DNA from: Octopus vulgaris
Lineage: Eukaryota
Assembly: GCA_951406725.2 (NCBI GenBank)
Contig: OX597814.1
Location: 13,082,001 to 13,146,000 of the forward strand
Direction: 5' to 3'
Length of the DNA stretch: 64,000 nucleotides
Part shown: positions 52,850 to 64,000 of the stretch, piece by piece
Layout of the letters: every line of letters begins with the position of its first letter
How positions within the stretch are numbered: the first letter of the stretch is position 1
Notes under the pieces: model-generated
What the model saw: the letters and a program-made list of their open reading frames with translations, nothing else
Databases searched by the model: none
Told to the model about the DNA's origin: nothing
Program-made: the position numbers and the translations under genes

Positions 52850-53720
52850 ATTGACAACCAATAACGGGATGGGAGACTATCGACAGGGATGGGACACTAT
52901 CGACTATCAACAATCCCTATAAAATGGAGGAAGTATTTGGCGCTGACCAAACGAGCAACAAACTTTGATCTCGCTGCTCAACTGAACTTCATCACAAATG
53001 CTTTACAGATAACGGTTGAAAGCAGATATTGAATAGTGTGTGTAGAATGTATACTTCGGCAGGCGACTCTGGATTTTGATGGAGAGATGTGTGGATATTT
53101 GTTTTGATCAACTGATCAAATGCGAAAGTATGCGAAATGTTCCGGAAACGTATGGATAATCTGCAGAATGCTGTCACATTTTCTTCAAGACATGAAATAT
53201 AATATCGAAGGATTTGCACAGAATTCATGGTGATTATCATTTCATGGTTTGCGCTGAGGATAGAAGATAATATTCTCCTTCAGTTTCTGAAACGTCACTG
53301 CAATTTAAGCATCGAGCAACAAGCTTAAACTTAGAGAATTATTACAGAAGTCATTAGAAGGAAGAAACCGAAGAAAACACTAAAACCAATTCCTATGCCT
53401 CATCACATTATTCCACTACACATATCTTTTCCAACAAAACAGGCTTTCTGCAAATTATAGTGGTCAGTGTTCATTCACCATCGTGCAACCCTGAATCAGT
53501 GCCCGCAGATTTATCTCTTTTTCTTAAAATGTGCAACGCTCTTTGGAGACGAGATTTTCTAGAAGACTATGTGAAAGCAGCTGTGAAGAAGCCTGTGCCC
53601 TAGTGTACAGCTGTATTTTTTTTGAAACAGGATACTAGGGTTTTACACACTGAAGTCAGTATGGCAACTCTTGCGATCGAGCTATATTCACTAGTGACAT
53701 TGTAATTGATCAACAAGTCT
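52850..53720 (+). mobile_element. Decayed mariner transposase
   Basis: SPSCNPESVPADLSLFLKM..AL.RRDF..VKAAV (~53475-53590, cf. HPPYSPDLAPSDYxLF). Confidence 0.6.
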
Positions 53721-53901
53721 GTAGAATCTATATATCCTGTGTCAGTTAATAAAATACTGTGTCCCCATTTGAATTGCTTTTACTATTACTAGTTTAAAGC
53801 ATGTGCATATGTATTTATGTATATTTCTATATCTATCTATCTATCTATCTATATATCTATCTATCTATCTGTGTATCTATCTATCTATCTATCTATCTGT
53901 G

Positions 53902-53938
<37 letters not shown>

Positions 53939-53969
53939 GTATGTATGTCTGTCTGTCTGTCTGTCTGGC

Positions 53970-54000
<31 letters not shown>

Positions 54001-54026
54001 CATAAATATATACATATATATATATA

Positions 54027-54071
<45 letters not shown>

Positions 54072-54379
54072 ATAAACCTGTATGCGTATCATTAACTTTT
54101 TATACTTGTCTGTTTATACTTTGCTGGGCATCTAAACCTATTGCCACTATATAATCTGTACCCCTCCATATATATATACACACACAAACACATATACCTG
54201 CGTTTGATGTTATACATACATGCATACATACATACATGCATGCATACATACATACATACATACATACATACATACATACATACATACATACATACATACA
54301 TACTTACATACATGAATAGTTCCAGTGAGTATAATCAAAGCCATAGCTGACGTTATTTTATTGTTGGTCGCCATCTAAA

Positions 54380-55290
54380 AATGAAACCCAAAGAGTGATT
54401 GGATATGCAGAGATATATTCAAAGGGGATGAGCTCCTTGTGACATTGTTTATACTTTCTATAAATCCCTTCTCGTTCATCTCAAGGAAACCTGAATGATA
54501 TCTCACTGGTTCACAGAAATACCAAAATTACACAGTTTTTTTGTGGATGACTTGAGTCTATATGCCAAGAATATGCATGAGATTAAAAAGCTCATTGACC
54601 TGGCTACAGCATTCTTGAAGTATATAGGATTGGCGTTTGTTCAGGGTAAATGTTGCTATATGGTTGTGAAAAGATGAAAAATATCTAAACCAGATTAGCA
54701 ACATTTCCATCAATGACTTAACAATTTACCTGATGAGGAATCTTACAGTTATCTAGAGGTGGATGAATACATAACTTACAATGGGACCTGCAACAAAACA
54801 TGTTTCACTAAAGAATATTACAGCCGAATAAACAAAATTTGAAACTCAGAACTCCCCGCATTCAATAAAACAATGGCCCAGAATGTGTTTGAAGTGCCAG
54901 AATGTGTTTGAAATGTATGCGATTGCAAAAGAAGAGCAAGAAATATCAAACATCTGATGCACAAAGGGGCAGAGACGCAGGAAAAACAGCAACATATCAC
55001 AAACGATGTAGACTTCGTGGAGTTAACCATGAAGATAACACCCAGATTATAAGCATCTTTCGGAAAATGTCATCACAGTATTATCTATCGATCAGACATT
55101 ATGTTGTATCTAGGAAAATGTATAATGAGGGCTGTCAGATGAATAACCTTTAGGACAAAGAAATAAGAATCTAGAATATGGTAGAATTAGGCGAGTCAAA
55201 ACTTGACAAGAGGAAGCTGATCCGAAGACTACAGATCCAAGCAATCACTGGAACTCCATACATCTGTATAACTTTCCAGAATTTTATCAC
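54380..55290 (+). mobile_element. Decayed R4/Dong-like RT fragment
   Basis: IFKGDELL..LFILSINP (cf. GIFQGDSLS), SFFVDDLSLYAKN, ESYSYLEV, KEYYSRINKI*NSEL..NK. Confidence 0.75.
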
Positions 55291-55621
55291 TTAAGTGTAT
55301 ATGGACAGTGTCTTGACATGCAACTGCATGCATGAGAATACATATATAAAACAAAACATACAAATTTGCACATATACATGCTTACATACAAAAATAACCT
55401 GTTGTTGTCGTTGAAATTCAAATGACGGAACCTGGGACCGATAATAGAAACCGACTTCTTTATTGGCAAAAAAATCTTGAAATAAAACTTAATAAGACAT
55501 ACAGCATAGATGCATAGATATATACATACATACATACATAAATACATACATACATACATACATACATACATACATACATACATACATACATACATACATA
55601 CATACATACATACATACATAC

Positions 55622-56398
55622 GTGTCAAAGTGCTGTCATCTGCCTGTCGGCTCTACTCCTGCAACTCAACTTGATTTCGAGCCGGGTCGTCTGCTGCTGG
55701 AGAGGACCGATCAGGTAAAGGACCTGGGTATCTTGGTGGATTCCTCCTTTTCGCCTTCGGCCCAGTGCGTCCAAGCTGCCAACAAAGCGCGCGGAATTCT
55801 GTTTTTGATTCGACGGTCATTCGGAATGCTCACAGCAGCCATATTCCTGCCACTCTATGTCACGCTGGTGAGACCCATATTGGAGTATGGGATTCAAGCC
55901 TCTTCTCCTTATCTCCTCAAAGACATACAGCACCTCGAAAGAGTCCAGAGGCTGGCTACCCGCATGGTTCATGGTCTCAAAAATTTGTCCTACGAAGAAA
56001 GGCTGAGGACGCTCGACCTTTGTTCTCTTGAAAAACGCCGCCGCAGTGGTGATTTCATTCTCGCCCACAACATCATAAGCGGGAAGTGTAACCTCTCGAA
56101 AGAGCTGTTCTTCACTCCTGCTCCGGGGCGTCGGCTGCGGGGTCATTCCGAAAAGCTCTACCTGCGACGATTTCATCTCAATCGAAGGAGAAGAGCTTTC
56201 TCCGTCCGGGTTGCGGATCTGTGGAACAAGCTGCCTGACGAGATGGTGAAGATGCCGACGACCGCTTTGTTCAAAGCCTCCCTGGACCTCAAGTGGCCTG
56301 AACTGTTTACATGAACACCACCCTGTACTTAACTCCATGTCCCCCTACATGGCCTTGCTATTTGCTTTTGAGCCAAATTAACTAACTAACTAACTAAC
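55622..56398 (+). mobile_element. 5'-truncated CR1-group LINE (different family) with a (TAAC)n tail
   Basis: Open 230-aa C-terminal fragment (KDLGILVD, LVRPILEY, LERVQRLATR, SYEERL, RGHSEKL, WNKLP). Tail TAACTAACTAAC at 56379-56398; inserted in (TACA)n. Confidence 0.93.
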
Positions 56399-57416
56399 AT
56401 GCATACATACATACATGCATGTATGCATACATACATACATACATACGTACAGATAGAGTGAAATCCTTGGAGCACAAAGATGTAACCGAGAATGTAAATT
56501 ATGTTATTTTCTTTTGAAAACATCATGTCATAAGCAACTGATCCAAATGTTATCAAGATATTACCTCACGATACGACATAACATTGTCACGAAAACAATA
56601 TATTATGTCATTTGTAAAAAAGAGACCCTTGGAAATAATATACAAAAACCACCCCTTATTGAATAAGTACATATTTTTGATTCTGTTAGTAAACAGCTCT
56701 TTCGTCAGGTAAATAATTTAAATATGAAAAAACAGAAGAGAACCTACATGCATACATGCATAAATACATGCATGCAAACATACATACGTACATACATGCA
56801 TACACACATACATGCATACATATATGCATGCATACATACATACATAATACATACATACATATATTTAATGAATACATGTAGATTTCAGGTCATGCCAGCG
56901 CTTGATTGTAATTTTAATGATGGACGGATGTGGTTTTTCAGCCCTGATAGAAACGTATACACTTTTAGATGAATGAGGCTAAGATGAATGCATCTTAAAC
57001 TTTCTTTTGAGAGTGTTACTACAGATGGGTTAAGTGTTTTACTGGTTTCAGCTACGAACCTATATCGCATTGCATCGTAAATATGTTCAAAAACAAACAA
57101 AATACGAGCGATCGTTTTGCCTGGAGATTTTTAAAAGTGAAGAAATGCTTTGCGTACAACCAATCCGAAGGTTCAGAAAGTGCATATATTTGCCCCGAAA
57201 CAAGAACAAATATTCATCCTTGTATCGAAACGAAGCCACACATGTTACTCCTGTATGAGCTTTCTTTCTTATAGACAGTTAGGGATCGCTCATTTCAAAG
57301 AGTCAAGTGTTGTGTTTCGCCATGCAGTGTGTCCGACGAAATGCATCCTTTTTACTGTGTTGGTCCTCTAAGATTAACCTTGAATAAAAATATATAGAAA
57401 CTCTAAGTATATATAT

Positions 57417-57481
<65 letters not shown>

Positions 57482-60400
57482 ATGCATACACAGATACGCA
57501 GACAATAGACACACACAGAGAAACACACAAACATATGTATGTGTACGTGCGTGTATATATGTACTGCTTTATGATGATAACACGTACAATAAATGTTGTA
57601 AGAAATAAATATTTAATAAGATAAAATCAGTATATATCTTTGAGCAACTAATAATTTGATACGATGACAAACAACTCAGGTCGCATTTTATAACACGTCT
57701 GATGCTGTCACAAATCCTTAGACTCTGCCCCCATGGCATAGCAAGCTACAAGACAAAAGGATATGAGAAAATATGTGAAAAGGCAAGAAAGAATTAGGTG
57801 TAAATGGTGGAAGATTGTAAACACCCGATAACGAAGAAAGCAAAGAAAAGAGGTGACATAGAGTTATCAACACTTTGACCTTAAAGTTATAAGGCTGAAT
57901 GTATGGTGACCTAGATTCTGTGGTACATCTGCTCAATACGGAGAAGGTGATATTTTCGAATCTATTAAATGGAACTTATCCATATATATATATCTGCTGA
58001 AAATTTCAAATCTGGAATTCAGCAGTGCGTTAGAGTTCTTATATCTGGCTCAAATGAACAGGAAAATCCAGCAAGTTTATTCATTTCGTGCCCGAGAAAT
58101 ATAGAAAAGTATTTAGCGTTTCCAGCCTACGCTATTCGACAGAAAGTGATGGGGAGAGAGAGAGGGAAAGATAGAGGGAGAGAGAGAGTGCGAAATAAAT
58201 GGAGGGGAAAAGAATACACGCACAAGAATACTCAGATAGATGTTGCTTAAATTGTTATGAATGAGTCTTCTTTCCTTGTCAGGAACTTATATTGTTCTTT
58301 TGTTCAACAATTATAAAAATAAACTCAAGAACGTGCATATATGAACATTCGCATTCTAGAAATGGAAAGCACATTTGTGTAGATTTAATGAGAAATTTTA
58401 TATTCTTACATTCAGGAAATAGGCCTTAATTTACATCTATTACCATAGTTATACTGGATTAGGTAACAAAATTCTCTTCATAAAAACTAACAGAGATTCC
58501 TCCAAATTTGTTTAGCAGAAACTGATTCACAATATCCAAATACACTTGATTAAAATACAGTGAATATCTATAACAAATTTCAGCAAACATTCTCTACTTG
58601 AGGTTCTGGGGCTGAATACATTAATGCCATATGGAATTCACACACATGCACGTACTTATAGTCTCACACGAACGTGCCGTTTCAGGTAAACACAAACCGC
58701 AATACCTTTCTGGATTTAATTAAAAGAGAGTGCCCCATTTTCAGTGACATTTTAGAATTAAAAAATAATATAAGAAAATAATGCTTATGTATATACCCCT
58801 CCCCCTTTTTAAAGAAATATATATACTGTTAAAATGTTGACGTAGTCGACGTTAAATTATTAGATGAAAACTGAACAAAAACAGTAATGAAGTTCAACAA
58901 TACAACCTGAGAAATATATAAATATAAATGTGACATGTAACGATCTGCAGAAAGAAAAATATATATTTAAGACGTTAGAATTCCCCCTTCCCCCCCCCAA
59001 AAAAAAATAAATGAAAATAGTCATCGCAGATAAGATTGATCATTCCCAGGTCCCTTTCCGTCTTGATGTGTGTGAAAACATTTTTTATTTTGTTTTCAAT
59101 AATGTATGTATGCGTGTGTGTATATAAAATTTGAACATAAGAATGGAGCCTTTAGCTGGCGAGAGAATAATGGGTAGATTCGATTAATTTCCTGTAAGTG
59201 AAGAAAGAATATCAAGGGTTCGATTCCCAAATTTTATTCAATATTTCAAGTCTTTATTTGCGAGAAACAAACAATATGCTGCCAAGGGAAAAAACATAAT
59301 TAGTCAGTGGGAACCTCAATGCAGAATTAGTTTTTTGATTTCTAAAATCAAAAGTCTTAGTTGAATTGATGACGCCATCAAAATTCACTTGGAAGACACT
59401 TGGGAAGCTTTTAGACTGGAGATATTATAGAAACTTCTAAGAAACTACCCCCAACACACACAAATACACGTACATATGCACACTTGCACGAAAAGAGAGA
59501 GACACAAAGGCATCTATACATATATATCTGTTAGTGCGTGCGTGTGAGTGTGTGTGTGCTTCCATATAGGTATGTGTATCAGTCGATATCAGATATCTGA
59601 TAATCAGAGACTTGCATGTGATCAGTGTAGAAGGATCTATATCCTGATTTTGTGAGGTTGTTGACATTCGATGTGTCCTCACCACCAAGGCTACGTCGAG
59701 AAATGTGGTTTTCGTAAACAATGCAGTATGGAAAATGAGAGTTTGATTTCGCGCATGCCCTTATATTACACTACCATCTTATAGTGTTGCATGCATATAG
59801 TTAAACACACAAATATGTATGCATTTTATGTTTGTGCGTGTGTTAATTTGTGTGAGTGTGCGTGCGTTGGTGTGTTTGTGTATGCAACCATGTGTCTAAA
59901 TATTTTTGTGCGCATATGTCTGTGAGAAAGATGCTCACCTTAGAAAGTCACAGTGTCTGTTATTGGTGCCTTTAAATATGAAAGAACTTGTAACCCACAA
60001 TCTAATGCTAGTAATATTTTAACATGTTTCTACATTTTCAGAAACATTTATTTTTCTGCAAGTGAAACTCGCATCTTCAGTGTACTGTTATCACGAATAA
60101 GCGAGGAATATTTTCTTTGTGAGGACCAGAATACCTGGCTCATTTACAATAAATGAAATGTTTCCCCGTTTCGGAAATCACAACACACAAAATGTGTAAT
60201 CTAGCTTTGACTAGTTGCAGTTCGGAGTTCATTCACAATTTGCAGCATGTGTAATTGTCATTTTACGGCATGAATATTAGATATGTGGACAATCTACTCA
60301 CGCCTACGGCAGACACGGGACATGAGGTATGGCAAAAGGCAGAGAAATGAAGCTTGAAGTTCGTGAAAAGCTATCATATTTCAAGATTCCATTACATAAC

Positions 60401-61556
60401 ATGACTCTTTCGTTTGTTACTTTCTGTATAGTCATGTAACGTGTGTCTGCATGTACACTCAGATACATACACATACACACAAAATTATGGACATATATAT
60501 ATATATTATAATTACAAGTATAATTATAATTAGAGTTCAGCAAAAATTTGCTTTACCACCACATACCGAAGTTTAGAAATAGCACCCAAAGAATCTTACC
60601 TATTTCTTCTACTATAAGAAGAGACTACCGGACAAAAACAAAGTACTCGAAACAACCCACGCACACAGAGAGGAAAATTAATGACGAGTTTTGGAATTAG
60701 ATCGGTATAAAGAATGCAAATTTCATACTTTACCCAAACACTTTCCTCCTGAGCATGGGACTTCACGATATTAAATCTGAAGGCACTGGAAAAATTGAAT
60801 ATACCTCTCCAACTATCAGTATCAGACAGTTGATATTCAACATCCAGTACCGGCGAATTCAAAATATTGTTGAGAATGAGAGAAAAGGAAAGTGAAATAG
60901 GAGGCAAAGTGATGAGAATGAATGGAAGGCCAAGAAATGTTAGAGATGGGGAGCGAGAAAAAGAAAAGTGGAAAGAAGGAAGAAAGTGTGAAGGTAGCTA
61001 AAAGAAAGAGTAAAAGAGTCGTACAGAATTTAGATATAGATATATACTTACATACAGGAGACCAAAAGTGTACGTACGCAGCTATATTTATATAAATAAA
61101 AAACAAAGCAAAATGGAACAAGGACGTACCATCCGTGTACCATCTCTTATAATCCTTCCTATGGCATTCAACTTATGTTCCTACCGTAAGGCTTCATGTT
61201 AACACACGCTAGCTTAATTTAATTCATCCTTAATCGAAAGACACCTGTTGTTGTTAATGTCCTGTCGCTTGTATTTGTAAATGTGTAACATTCCTCCGTG
61301 TTTTCCGTCCCTGATTTCGTATACATTTGCTGTCTTCCTTCCAAAGAATCTAGTTCTCTTACTTTAGATTTTCTCGGGCCGGCCAGATTGGGTCAGCCTC
61401 GAGTCTAACCGGCCGAAACTGCAACGACAATCTGGAATTCGACTGATGGTAGAAAGCTCCGAATGACGCCTCCTCCCTTTTTTGTATCTTCTAATCATCC
61501 GGATGATTTGTTGTTGCCTGTTACATTCTTGTTCCAACTGTTTTGTTTTATATATA

Positions 61557-61601
<45 letters not shown>

Positions 61602-62089
61602 AACAAATTAGAAGCGTAGCTTATTAGTAATTAGCACCTAAAGGCAAAGTTAATAATGGCCACAAAATCGACGAATGGTGCTGGCACTGCTCATGCAAAA
61701 AATATTAGTTAAAATAACCCTGAGGCCACTAAAGCTACCTTTTTAATTTGCTGTTTACACAAATCAGCATATGATTTAAATGGTGTTTCTTATTTGATTG
61801 ACAAGTTAAGCTGAGTTTAACCCTTGGCGTTAAGTGCTGCATATCAGAATTATGGTTCTACGCCAAAATTACAATTCGGGTATGTACGTTAGGACTTTAC
61901 CCACGTCCTTTGTCTGTAATCAGTTTAGTGCCTTGGAGGTTTCAGAGTTAATTTAACTTTATATTTTTAGCGGAAAGGGCGTTCGCCAACATCTCCCGTC
62001 ACCTTTCTGAACACTATTAATTTTGCCATATATATATATATATATGAGAAGAAGAAACGAAACGAAACCAAGCGAATCGAATATATATA

Positions 62090-63628
<1,539 letters not shown>

Positions 63629-64000
63629 AGATATTCGCTTAAACCTCAACTTATAATTACAATCGCTTTCAACAAGTGTAATTATAAATTCTGCTCTCCT
63701 ATATCATCTCATCACTGCATTACACATGCACCAATAATTATCTCTATATCTCTTTCTCTTTCTCTCTCTCTCTGTATATATAATTATCTATCTATATATG
63801 TATATATATGTGTGTATGCACGTATGTATGTATATATGTAAGTATGTGTCTGTATGTGTCTTTGTTAATGTGTGAACATGCTGCACGAGCAATATGCCCA
63901 TCAATTAGCTATTTAGCTCTGCATTTATACACACACACTCACACACACACACACACAAACGCACACACACACGTGTGTGTATGTGTGCGTATGTATTTAT

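Overview
AT-rich, microsatellite-dense eukaryotic DNA with no recognisable host protein-coding exon. The SINE families and the (TA)n/(TACA)n load suggest a cephalopod (Octopus-like) intron or intergenic region; this is an inference. Nearly all ORFs in the track are microsatellite read-throughs. The real content is transposable-element derived: one CR1-group LINE with an intact 998-aa endonuclease+RT ORF (46454-49450), decayed CR1, RTE, R4-like, L1/Tx1-like, Penelope-like (PLE), mariner and Helitron-type remnants, and tRNA-derived SINEs. Region 35.9-52.0 kb is a layered rearrangement: a ~10 kb fold-back palindrome, a LINE inserted in one arm, a ~6 kb tandem duplication, and a HERO-like retrotransposon 3' end present in only one duplicate. 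There are several hammerhead ribozyme motifs, mostly type I in inverted PLE-like repeats. The most striking signal is a complete hammerhead core in a scrambled, pseudoknotted strand order in the HERO-like 3' UTR (40613-40761). All family assignments and folds were made by eye, with no database search or folding software.
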